DNA from: a plasmid
DNA length: 35,268 nt
Strand: one strand, 5' to 3'
Sequence record: NZ_CP016375.1
Shown: positions 8,600-16,746 of the stretch, in pieces
How positions within the stretch are numbered: position 1 is the first letter of the stretch
How the letters are laid out: every line of letters begins with the position of its first letter
Translations under genes and position numbers: made by a program
Notes under the pieces: model-generated
Database searches by the model: none
What the model was told of the DNA's origin: nothing
Seen by the model: only the letters and a program-made list of their open reading frames with translations

Positions 8600-9260
8600 A
8601 GAGCTGTATACAAAACCGAAATGAATATGCAGGCTTAGAAAACTTTTTGCCGAAGGCTCGGGAGGTTCTGAAAAAAAATTTCAGTAGAGTAGCGGAAGAA
8701 ATTATTTTTTGGAGACCCAAAAAGTTTTTTTTGTGTTCAGCCTGGTTTCTAGATTTGCACCAAGAATAACCAAGAGCTTATGAGTGAAGTGAGGAAATAG
8801 CCTAGAAGTTACATCACCGGGAAAATGAATACAGAATACTTTAGGAAATATCAAATCTTAAAGAAGTCCAACACATAATAAAAAAATAAAATTCCATCGT
8901 GTAGGCCATAAGATAGGGGAGGGGATAGGACCAGAAAAATTTTGAAAAAATATCTGGTCCTATAAAAGGAATCTTATGCCTGGGGACTGACTGCGTTAAA
9001 GATCGCAGCAATTGTCTGAAATCCTTTTTTCGTGAGAAATAGATAAATAAAAAAGTCCAAAAAAGATTAATGAAAAAAGATTGAGTGCGAAGAGCTTGCC
9101 CGTAGGGAACGCCCTGAATATTATAACCAAAGAAAATGATAAAATATTCCCTGATATGAAAAAGCTACAATAGAAAATGCTAAAAATTACAAAAGAAGTT
9201 GCTAAACTACATTAGTTAGTACTAAAAATACAGAAGAAGCTGCAAAAAAAGAAAGAAGAA
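8600..9260. other. Second non-coding island (~650 bp) with locally elevated GC and hairpins, upstream of the ssb-ardC gene block
   Basis: No ORF over 63 aa. There is a perfect 10-bp stem ATAGGACCAG-n18-CTGGTCCTAT (~8925-8962) and several other palindromes. Confidence 0.35.
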
Positions 9261-9263
9261 AAC

Positions 9264-9596
9264 TTATTTTTTCAAAAATTTAAAAAGCTCTGCCATTTGC
9301 TTACTAAAAACTTCTGCAGTTTCTTTATCGGTAATATTAATAATAATATGCCCAGTAGCACTGTCATTATTTTCCACATTAATAAACTTAATGCCTTTGT
9401 TGTCTTCGGTAAACAAATCTTTAATTTCCACTTCGAAAAGCTCTGCAAGCTGAGGAATATATTTTGATTTAACGTCGGCATCTTCACTTTCCCAACTCAT
9501 ATAAGTATTTTTACTCACACCCATTTTATCAGCTACATCCTGTTGAGAAAGCTTAGTTTTACTTCTAAATCGTCTTAAATTAGTACCAACGCCCAT
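9264..9596 (-). CDS. XRE-family helix-turn-helix transcriptional regulator. The ORF is open to 9626; start taken at MGVGTNLRRFR.
   Basis: HTH_3 signature 'LRRFRSKTKLSQQDVADKMGVSKNTYMSWE'. Confidence 0.75.
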   Translation of the reverse strand: MGVGTNLRRFRSKTKLSQQDVADKMGVSKNTYMSWESEDADVKSKYIPQLAELFEVEIKDLFTEDNKGIKFINVENNDSATGHIIINITDKETAEVFSKQMAELFKFLKK

Positions 9597-9740
9597 TTTG
9601 TAAAGTTTATGATAACAAATATACATAAAGCAAAAAAAACTGCGCTAAAATCGCTCAATTTTCTTGTCTCAATTCAAATAATAAAATCCTAATTTTAAAT
9701 CATTAAATCGAGATTAAGTATATATTAGAATGTGAAAAAG

Positions 9741-9775
9741 AATCGCTCTCCAAATTGGAGAGCGATTTTATTTTA
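9741..9775 (+). terminator. Orphan rho-independent-terminator-like hairpin in the divergent intergenic region
   Basis: aatcgctctcc-aaatt-ggagagcgatt followed by ttattttaaaa. Confidence 0.35.
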
Positions 9776-9979
9776 AAAGAGAAAATATTACACATTTCAA
9801 TTTAACATAATAAATAAAAGTCAACAAAACTTACCTAAGTTATTATTTTAGACAACTTTAATATTGTTTTATTGAATATATTTTATACATTAGCAATGAT
9901 TCTAATGAAATTAAGAATCACACCAAAGAGCGGAATCCGAAAAGCTAACGAGTAGGAAAAAATTTAAATTACAAAAAAA

Positions 9980-10225
9980 ATGAAAAAATTAGACGGTCTA
10001 AAAAATGGTTTTTCAACATTAGACAATGAAAAATTAAAAAATGTAAGAGGTGGATTACTATCTCCGGAAGATGGAGGAGGAAAAGTATCTATTAGATCAA
10101 ACATTACAAGAGAGGATGGAGCTGTAGAAACAGATGTTTACGATAGAGCACCAGATGGAACTCTTATCAATGGTAGAAGGTCTTGGGTATTGATGCAAGA
10201 ACCCTCAGTTACGGTAGAGCCATAA
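9980..10225 (+). CDS. RiPP precursor peptide with a Bacteroidetes double-glycine-type leader (MKKL...EKLKNVRGG) and a 56-aa Cys-free, S/T/D/E-rich core
   Basis: Leader matches the GG-Bacteroidetes natural-product precursor pattern (MKKLxxLKxxxxxLxxxELKxIxGG). It lies immediately upstream of an ATP-grasp/SPASM maturase operon and is followed by a strong terminator. Confidence 0.7.
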   Translation: MKKLDGLKNGFSTLDNEKLKNVRGGLLSPEDGGGKVSIRSNITREDGAVETDVYDRAPDGTLINGRRSWVLMQEPSVTVEP

Positions 10226-10228
10226 CAA

Positions 10229-10259
10229 AAAAGGGAGGTTTTTAACCTCCCTTTTTTTA
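10229..10259 (+). terminator. Rho-independent terminator after the precursor gene
   Basis: aagggaggtt-ttta-acctccctt followed by a T7 run. Confidence 0.75.
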
Positions 10260-10302
10260 TGTATATTTATTTAAATATAACTAATTACAAAAAACAACTT
10301 TT

Positions 10303-11232
10303 ATGAAAAAAATTATTTCCTTCATATTCATTATTATTATCGGAGGGATTATTTTTTCTTCCTTTAAAAACAAGCAGTCTGATTTAGATTATATTGCTTA
10401 CTATAATAAAGTTAATAGTATAGATAGTATAATAAGATATGCTCACGATACATTAAGTGCTTTAAGTCAGTATACTGAACTTTTTAAACAATACCCTCCT
10501 AAAAATGATGAACGTATACGAGAGTTTGAAACTTATATTAAGCTGTCAGATAAACTAGGGAAAGATTTTGGTGGAAAAGAAAGTCTTTATAAACTAATTC
10601 CGTTATATATACCCCCTAGAAAAGATGGAATAATAAGAGATCCAAATTTTTTTAAACTTTATCAAAAATATGGGATAGACAGTACAGAAGTTCTAGAAGA
10701 AGTAGCTAAGTGGAAACGTGGATTAAATAAACAATTAATAGATTCTTTCACAGTAGCTGTCATAAGAGATCAATATGGAAGGGCAGAAAGAAATATTAAA
10801 ATTGTTCGTAAAAATGAGAATAAAAATGCCAACCTTTTTAAATGGACTTTTGAAAATTTTGGCTTTCCTTCTGTATCAAAAATAGGTGTTTGGAGTAATA
10901 AAGAAAATATCTTTTTTCCAATGAGATCTTTTATTACCCATATGGCAACATCAAAAGATTACCCATATTTTAAGGATAAACTTTTAGAGTATGTAAAATC
11001 AGGAGACTGTACACCTATAGACTATTCTTATATGGTAGATACATACCATATTAATAAAAAGGAGAAAACTTATTATGGTATGGGGCGCACTCTACAAAAA
11101 TCAATTGATACTGTAGAAATAGATGCTCACAGAAGAAGTATTGGACTACCAAGTTTGAAGCATACCAGTAAGATTAATAAAGACTTTGAAAACGAAATAA
11201 AAGAAATGTACAAAACATTTAAGAAGCAATGA
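10303..11232 (+). CDS. N-terminally membrane-anchored protein of unknown function, first gene of the maturase operon
   Basis: N-terminal hydrophobic helix 'IISFIFIIIIGGIIFSSF'. Its stop overlaps the ATP-grasp start (ATGA). Confidence 0.6.
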   Translation: MKKIISFIFIIIIGGIIFSSFKNKQSDLDYIAYYNKVNSIDSIIRYAHDTLSALSQYTELFKQYPPKNDERIREFETYIKLSDKLGKDFGGKESLYKLIPLYIPPRKDGIIRDPNFFKLYQKYGIDSTEVLEEVAKWKRGLNKQLIDSFTVAVIRDQYGRAERNIKIVRKNENKNANLFKWTFENFGFPSVSKIGVWSNKENIFFPMRSFITHMATSKDYPYFKDKLLEYVKSGDCTPIDYSYMVDTYHINKKEKTYYGMGRTLQKSIDTVEIDAHRRSIGLPSLKHTSKINKDFENEIKEMYKTFKKQ

Positions 11233-12131
11233 TTTTGATTATTTCTAATAATAAAGAAACCACCACCACTGAGGTTATTAAATGGCTATCAGTAATGGGT
11301 AAGAAGTATATTCGCATACATGAAGATGAATTTTTTGAAATTAAAATTTTAGAAAATAGAATTTTGCTGGAAAGCACTCACAGCTCTTTTTTTCTTGATG
11401 AAATAAAGAGTGTTTGGTTTAGAAGGGGAGGGTTAAAATTCAAACGATTTCAGTATGAAAATCCATCTGTAAATCTTCATATGAATGAAGTACAACATTG
11501 GTTGGAAGATTATGTAATAAAAACTTTAGAATCTAAAAAGGGGATAAATAAGAAAAGTAGTAGCCTTATGAATAAGCTTTTTGTGTTAGAAAAAGCAAAA
11601 GAAATTGGCATTGATGTTCCGAGTTATTTTCTTTCAGATAATACTCATGGTGTTGAGCTACACAAAACAATCACAAAAACCATTTCAGGAAATTCGATGC
11701 TAGAAAATATTGATGAATCTACTGATGCAATTATGTATACCTCACTAATTGAAGATAGGGAAGAAGCTTCTTTTTTCATTTCATTTTTTCAGGAAAAAAT
11801 TGATAAAGACTTTGAGATAAGAAGCTTTTATTTGAATGGAAAGCTATGGTCAACAGCGATAATTTCACAAAATGATGAACAAACAAAAATTGATTATAGA
11901 AAGTATAATTCAAATATTCCCAATAGAAATGTAAGCTATAAACTTCCAAATGAAATTGAAGAAAAGGCTTATAAACTAATGAAGTTACTAGATTTAAATT
12001 GTGGTTCTATTGATTTTATTAAAAGCGGAGATAAGTTTTATTTTTTAGAAATTAATCCTACTGGGCAATTTCTAGGATTATCCATTACCTGTAATTATAA
12101 TTTGGACAAAGAAATAGCTTCATACCTATGA
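11229..12131 (+). CDS. ATP-grasp RiPP maturase (MdnC/MvdD-like graspetide ligase; 'GRASP-with-SPASM' type)
   Basis: 'NKLFVLEKAKEIGIDVPSYFLSDN' matches the MdnC block (NKLLQLQLAKQCGFTIPETLITN). The N-terminus 'IKWLSVMGKKYIRI' matches MdnC 'IKAIEAMGKKAFRF'. C-terminal 'FYFLEINPTGQF' supplies the ATP-grasp E-x-N metal site. Confidence 0.85.
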   Translation: MILIISNNKETTTTEVIKWLSVMGKKYIRIHEDEFFEIKILENRILLESTHSSFFLDEIKSVWFRRGGLKFKRFQYENPSVNLHMNEVQHWLEDYVIKTLESKKGINKKSSSLMNKLFVLEKAKEIGIDVPSYFLSDNTHGVELHKTITKTISGNSMLENIDESTDAIMYTSLIEDREEASFFISFFQEKIDKDFEIRSFYLNGKLWSTAIISQNDEQTKIDYRKYNSNIPNRNVSYKLPNEIEEKAYKLMKLLDLNCGSIDFIKSGDKFYFLEINPTGQFLGLSITCNYNLDKEIASYL

Positions 12132-12304
12132 AAAAAATACAAGAACTAAACAAATTGCCATTAACGTTTAAGTATATAGAGTTTATTGATCGTAAAAAAG
12201 TTTTTTCTGGAAAAGGTAAAATGCTTTTTATACAATGTGAAAAGTATCAAACTGATTTTTACATTAGAGAAAGGCCTCTTAAAGCATTGATAAGAATGTT
12301 ATGA
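12128..12304 (+). CDS. Unannotated 58-aa ORF (MKKIQELNKLPLTFKYIEFIDRKKVFSGKGKMLFIQCEKYQTDFYIRERPLKALIRML), translationally coupled on both sides
   Basis: Its ATG overlaps the ATP-grasp stop and its TGA overlaps the SPASM-gene ATG (ATGA junctions). It is not in the supplied ORF track, presumably because it falls below a length cutoff. Confidence 0.5.
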   Translation: MKKIQELNKLPLTFKYIEFIDRKKVFSGKGKMLFIQCEKYQTDFYIRERPLKALIRML

Positions 12305-13380
12305 GATATTTTAATTTATTCAGTAATATATTGATTACTAAAGGAGCAAGTAGAATACTTATTTCAGACTTACAAAGAAATACATCAGAGCTATATCCAT
12401 TAGAATTATGTGATTTAATTGCTGAATTGAATAAATCCTCCATTGAGGAAGTGTTAACTTTATATGATCATGAATCTAAAATCATTATTCAGCAATATTT
12501 AGATTTATTACTTGAAAAGGAATATGGTTTTATTACTTCCGGAGATTGGGATAAAAATTTCATTCCGATGTCTCTTGAATATCATGATAATAGTACTATT
12601 TCAAATTTATTCATCGAAATAGATGGTCTATCAGTCCTACAGAAAATAAAATCATCAATAGAAAAACTCGAGATAAAATATTTGACGATTTTTTCACACA
12701 AGAGCCTCTCATATGAGGAGTTTCTAAAAATAGATAGGTATTTTAAAACAAGCCCAGTTGAGGGAATTGATATTTTATCTCCATATCATCAATCTATTGA
12801 TGATATCTTTATACAAAATCTAAATTCAGAAGTATTCAGAGTATACAACCTTACTTTTTATAGTTGCAAAGAGAAAATTTCTACTCTTAAAGATGATTAC
12901 CGTTTTACAATAAATTTCACAAATCAAAAACTAACAATAAACTCCTGTGGCAAAGTAAATATGGATTATTTTAATACTAATATTACTAAAGTATTAGAGG
13001 CCATTAATTACAATTCCTGTCTATATAAGAAAATAGGTATAGATCTGGAAGGCAATATAAAGAATTGTCCAGCCATGCCAAAAATATTTGGTAATGTAAA
13101 AACAAACTCATTAGAAGAAGCAATTAAACATTCGGAATTTCCAGAATATTGGAATTTGACTAAAGACCACATAGAAACCTGTAAAGATTGTGAATTTCGC
13201 TATATATGTACAGACTGTAGAGCATACACCGAGCTTTCTCATAAAAATGATAATGGATTAGATTGTTCGAAGCCTTTAAAATGTGGCTATAATCCGTATA
13301 TTGGGGAATGGGAGGATTGGAGTACAAACCAATTGAAGCAAAAAGCTATAAATCATTATAAAATAATAGCTAACAAATAA
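12301..13380 (+). CDS. SPASM-domain peptide maturase lacking the radical-SAM CxxxCxxC motif (grasp-with-spasm partner)
   Basis: C-terminal Cys cluster 'NCPAMP...TCKDCEFRYICTDCRAY...CSKPLKCGYNPY' fits SPASM spacing (CxxCx5CxxC... C...C). The N-terminal 250 residues contain no CxxxCxxC. Confidence 0.75.
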   Translation: MRYFNLFSNILITKGASRILISDLQRNTSELYPLELCDLIAELNKSSIEEVLTLYDHESKIIIQQYLDLLLEKEYGFITSGDWDKNFIPMSLEYHDNSTISNLFIEIDGLSVLQKIKSSIEKLEIKYLTIFSHKSLSYEEFLKIDRYFKTSPVEGIDILSPYHQSIDDIFIQNLNSEVFRVYNLTFYSCKEKISTLKDDYRFTINFTNQKLTINSCGKVNMDYFNTNITKVLEAINYNSCLYKKIGIDLEGNIKNCPAMPKIFGNVKTNSLEEAIKHSEFPEYWNLTKDHIETCKDCEFRYICTDCRAYTELSHKNDNGLDCSKPLKCGYNPYIGEWEDWSTNQLKQKAINHYKIIANK

Positions 13381-13489
13381 GTAGTTATAATAACTCCTTT
13401 TTGTAATTTTAAAATCTCTTAATAGAATCTATTTTTCAGTTTAAATATTTAATGATTAGTACGCCTCGGAAATTCCGGGGCTTTATTTT

Positions 13490-14398
13490 TTACCTTACAT
13501 AAACAATAGAACCTACCGGAATAACATCGGTTATGAATTGAGGGTTTGCAAATCGAAGCAATCGAATATTATAAGATTTTCCTAATTCCTGGAACGAAGT
13601 TGTATCATTTACCTTAACTATTTTCATATCATTAAAAGAGAGTTTAAAATACATCGGTTTAATATTATGAAGTTTATAAAAATTAAACATGTAATTAACT
13701 GCAATAAATGAAGGGACGTAGGCCTGTGTTTCTCTAGGTAAAAAAGGCCTAACATTCCAATAATTTTTAGAACCCGCTTTTTTAATTGCTTTCCGAACAT
13801 TTCCCGATCCGCAGTTATAAGCTGAAATTGCTAAATTCCAATCTTTAAACTCTTTATAAAGATCACGCAGATATCTTACTGCAGCATCTGTATTGGCCAT
13901 AGGATCAAAAAACACATTAATATATTGATTCTGTCGAATTCCAAACTGTCCTCCTGTTGCAGGCATAAATTGCCACAAGCCTTTTGCTCCTGCCCAGCTT
14001 CCAGCTCTTGGATTCAATGCACTTTCAACAACTGCAAGGTACTTTAATTCTAGAGGCATTCCATATTGAGCTAATTTAGATTCGAACAAGGGAAAATAAT
14101 AAGCTGAAAGCCCTATAATTTTACCATACCAACGATAAGAAAGATACTTTTTTACATAGGTATAGGTGATATCATTATAATCAATATTAAGAGCTGTATT
14201 TTGATTGAGTAAATTAAATCGTTCTCTAAAAGTATTGATATGCAAATCCTCATTTGTATTATCATCTTCTCCCTCTAAACTATTTATATATTTCTGATTT
14301 AACTTTATAAATGGCTGCTCATCGGAAGATTTCTTTTTCGTTTGTGCAAAAGACCAGGAAAAGAAAAAGACTATAAAAGCTACTGCAATTTTTTTCAT
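13490..14398 (-). CDS. Secreted lytic transglycosylase (SLT domain), likely the peptidoglycan-opening enzyme of the conjugation system
   Basis: Signal peptide, then SLT motifs 'VVESALNPRAGSWAGAKGLWQFMPATG' (ES...GLMQ-like) and 'AYNCGSGNV'. Confidence 0.85.
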   Translation of the reverse strand: MKKIAVAFIVFFFSWSFAQTKKKSSDEQPFIKLNQKYINSLEGEDDNTNEDLHINTFRERFNLLNQNTALNIDYNDITYTYVKKYLSYRWYGKIIGLSAYYFPLFESKLAQYGMPLELKYLAVVESALNPRAGSWAGAKGLWQFMPATGGQFGIRQNQYINVFFDPMANTDAAVRYLRDLYKEFKDWNLAISAYNCGSGNVRKAIKKAGSKNYWNVRPFLPRETQAYVPSFIAVNYMFNFYKLHNIKPMYFKLSFNDMKIVKVNDTTSFQELGKSYNIRLLRFANPQFITDVIPVGSIVYVR

Positions 14399-14413
14399 AA
14401 GATTGTATCAAAT

Positions 14414-14525
14414 TTATTCGCAAAATCAACACCTGGAAGATCTGCAGTTTTTGAAGTTTGTTCGCATTTTTTTGCTAAGCTCTTCCGGATCTGAAACCGG
14501 TACAAAAATTTTTGCGAACAAAAAC
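14414..14525. repeat. Structured intergenic repeat, copy 2
   Basis: TTATTCGCAAAATcaacacctggaagatctgcag...gtttgttcgca...cttccggatctgaaaccgg...TTTTTGCGAACAAAA. On the minus strand it reads ...GTGTTGattttgcgaaTAAATTTGatacaatcttATG, a Bacteroidetes-style -33 TTG / -7 TAnnTTTG arrangement just upstream of the transglycosylase start. Confidence 0.8.
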
Positions 14526-14527
14526 AC

Positions 14528-14731
14528 CTAGATTATAAAAATCTCATTTTCTTCAATTAAGAAAACCCGGCATTGAATATGTTTGCCATAAAGATTAAAA
14601 GAGTAATTATCTCCTACCTTCGGCATCTTTTCTGGACGATAGATTTCAGTCCTCCGGGTCACTATAAACCTCTTAAGTTCTAGCTCTAAACTGGAAGCAT
14701 CAATAATCTGTTTAATAATAAATTCTTTCAT
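14528..14731 (-). CDS. Hypothetical small protein (67 aa)
   Basis: ORF only. Confidence 0.3.
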   Translation of the reverse strand: MKEFIIKQIIDASSLELELKRFIVTRRTEIYRPEKMPKVGDNYSFNLYGKHIQCRVFLIEENEIFII

Positions 14732-14874
14732 CTTTTTGCCTTAAAATTAAATTGAAGCTCCAAGAAAAAATTACGCATTTCCGTAAAAGTAATATTTCTT
14801 TATATTTGGACTATTAATCTATCTATTTTCCAAATAGGCAATTTGGTGTTAAGGTAGCAGTAAACTGCTACCTT

Positions 14875-15018
14875 TTATTTTTTCATTTCACCTCTAATCT
14901 TTTTATCTCCGATAGTAACTACTTTATCGGTTGAGAGATTCTTAGCAATTTCTTTCGCTATTCTCTCTAAATCTTCCTGCTTAGGCACAAATAATTCTGG
15001 TTTTGGATACTTTTTCAT
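14875..15018 (-). CDS. Possible unannotated 47-aa ORF (MKKYPKPELFVPKQEDLERIAKEIAKNLSTDKVVTIGDKKIRGEMKK)
   Basis: Read by hand on the minus strand. Absent from the ORF track. Confidence 0.2.
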   Translation of the reverse strand: MKKYPKPELFVPKQEDLERIAKEIAKNLSTDKVVTIGDKKIRGEMKK

Positions 15019-15198
15019 AATTCAATAATTTTCAATATTTTATATTTAATGATTTAACATAAAGTAGATTATAGAAAGTCTATCTCTTTTGGACTTCTCC
15101 TAATTATCAACCTGTTAGCTTTTTTCCCGCCCCGGGGGTTAGGGAATATTTAATTTTTAGTCCAAAGAGATAATTATTCCGCATTCATAACTAGCGTT

Positions 15199-15468
15199 TT
15201 AGTCTTCCTTATTTATATAAAAAATGAGAGTTATAAAATTACTTTGTTGAGTATTTATCATTGTTGATGTCCAATCCTCTGTATACTTAATATATTTTTG
15301 TGTTTTGTAATAAAACTCTCTTATAGCTATTGGTGTAATTTGTGTAAAGAAATTTAATTCTAAGTCAATAAATAATGCAGTATCACTAGTTGAAATTTCA
15401 ATATTAACTTTTCCATTAATTCCAAAATAATTTTTGGCTTCAAAATATATGTTATCTATGTATTTCAT
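15199..15468 (-). CDS. Hypothetical protein (89 aa)
   Basis: ORF only. Confidence 0.35.
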   Translation of the reverse strand: MKYIDNIYFEAKNYFGINGKVNIEISTSDTALFIDLELNFFTQITPIAIREFYYKTQKYIKYTEDWTSTMINTQQSNFITLIFYINKED

Positions 15469-15478
15469 TTATATAGAT

Positions 15479-15766
15479 TTAAGGATGTTTAAAATTATCC
15501 AGATGAAAGCTTATCTCTAATACTTTATTATTCGCTTTTATACCGATCGCTGCTGCTTCCCAATTAACATACGGGTAGGGCAGTAGGTCATTTGTTTTGT
15601 TACAAAAGTCCCTCAAGAGCCATAGAGGGGTCGTAGGCGGAACGTTTTTATACTGGCTGATAAGTCTTAATAATAACCTCGTATTGTTGGACTGCAACTT
15701 TACCTCTGTTTTAGACAAAAACAGTTCATCTGCTATGGCGTGGATTTTTGCTAAATTTTCCTTCAT
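15479..15766 (-). CDS. Hypothetical protein (95 aa)
   Basis: ORF. Its stop overlaps the start of the next gene. Confidence 0.4.
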   Translation of the reverse strand: MKENLAKIHAIADELFLSKTEVKLQSNNTRLLLRLISQYKNVPPTTPLWLLRDFCNKTNDLLPYPYVNWEAAAIGIKANNKVLEISFHLDNFKHP

Positions 15767-15993
15767 TATTTACTTTTACTCACTTCTTCAATTGAAGCGA
15801 CCTCCCATTTATAAATAGTCAAATTATCATTCCCGTATGCTATTATTCCGGAAGAAAAATCACCTTTGATAACAGCTCCCTTTTTTTCTTTTATCTCATA
15901 GTACTTTTTTGCGCCAAAATTGAGCATAAGATAATCTATAACTAGTACTACTACCAATACGGCTACTATTGTACCTAAAATCTTTTTTTTCAT
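15766..15993 (-). CDS. Small membrane protein (75 aa, one TM helix)
   Basis: Hydrophobic 'ILGTIVAVLVVVLVIDYLML'. Confidence 0.4.
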   Translation of the reverse strand: MKKKILGTIVAVLVVVLVIDYLMLNFGAKKYYEIKEKKGAVIKGDFSSGIIAYGNDNLTIYKWEVASIEEVSKSK

Positions 15994-16011
15994 ATTATCA
16001 TTTTTGGATTA

Positions 16012-16371
16012 TTATACTATTGTTAAGTCCGTTTGCCTAAGAGCATTCTTGTAATAACAAGAACCATCTATTTTTATAAATTTATCCTCTTCCTCATAAA
16101 AGAATCCTGACACTTGATTAGCAGAAGTACTCCATAATGAATCTGCATTGAAAAAATAAAGCGAACCCTGATAAATTACTTTTCCTTGCTTTTTTAATAA
16201 GGAAACAGCTTTATTATCATCTTCAATTTGATTTATATAGTAAGAAAGCATTTTAATTAGAAAAACAACACCTAAAATTATTATAATCACTAAGCATAGG
16301 GTTTCGTTTTCGTTAAAAAAATTGATTAGACCTGATAATTGGGTGTCAATTTGTAATACATTTGATTTCAT
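16012..16371 (-). CDS. Membrane protein (119 aa, one TM helix)
   Basis: Hydrophobic 'LCLVIIIILGVVFLIKML'. Confidence 0.4.
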   Translation of the reverse strand: MKSNVLQIDTQLSGLINFFNENETLCLVIIIILGVVFLIKMLSYYINQIEDDNKAVSLLKKQGKVIYQGSLYFFNADSLWSTSANQVSGFFYEEEDKFIKIDGSCYYKNALRQTDLTIV

Positions 16372-16425
16372 AATTTGTGATTTTAATAAGTTATTTTATA
16401 ATTGTTATGAGGCTAATTCATATAG

Positions 16426-16746
16426 CTAAGAAAACATTTTCATGAGAGTATCAATAATTTCTTCTTGTGTGTGCTTATCCAAACTGGCCATCTTTGCTTT
16501 CAATCTTCTCTTATCCACAGATCTCAAATGATCTAAAGCAACCTGCCCCTTTTTACCCTCAACCCTGCAGTTTACTCTCATTGGATATGGCTTTATTGTA
16601 GACGTCAAAGGGGCTATAATTACTGTATTTAAAGCATTATTCATTTCGTCCGGAGAAATTATCACACACGGTCTGATCTTATTGATTTCACTACCTACAG
16701 TAGGATTTAGATCGATAAAGAAAACATCAAATCTTTTAATTACCAT
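16426..16746 (-). CDS. pemK: PemK/MazF-family type II toxin (endoribonuclease)
   Basis: 'RPCVIISPDEMN...VIIAPLTS' are classic PemK/Kid blocks. It overlaps the upstream antitoxin gene. Confidence 0.85.
   Translation of the reverse strand: MVIKRFDVFFIDLNPTVGSEINKIRPCVIISPDEMNNALNTVIIAPLTSTIKPYPMRVNCRVEGKKGQVALDHLRSVDKRRLKAKMASLDKHTQEEIIDTLMKMFS

Noticed and set aside
14845-14880. Hairpin GGTAGCAG-taaa-CTGCTACC plus T-tract as a terminator
   Set aside because: It is oriented for the plus strand, but no plus-strand gene lies upstream, so its function is unclear and it is not listed as a feature.
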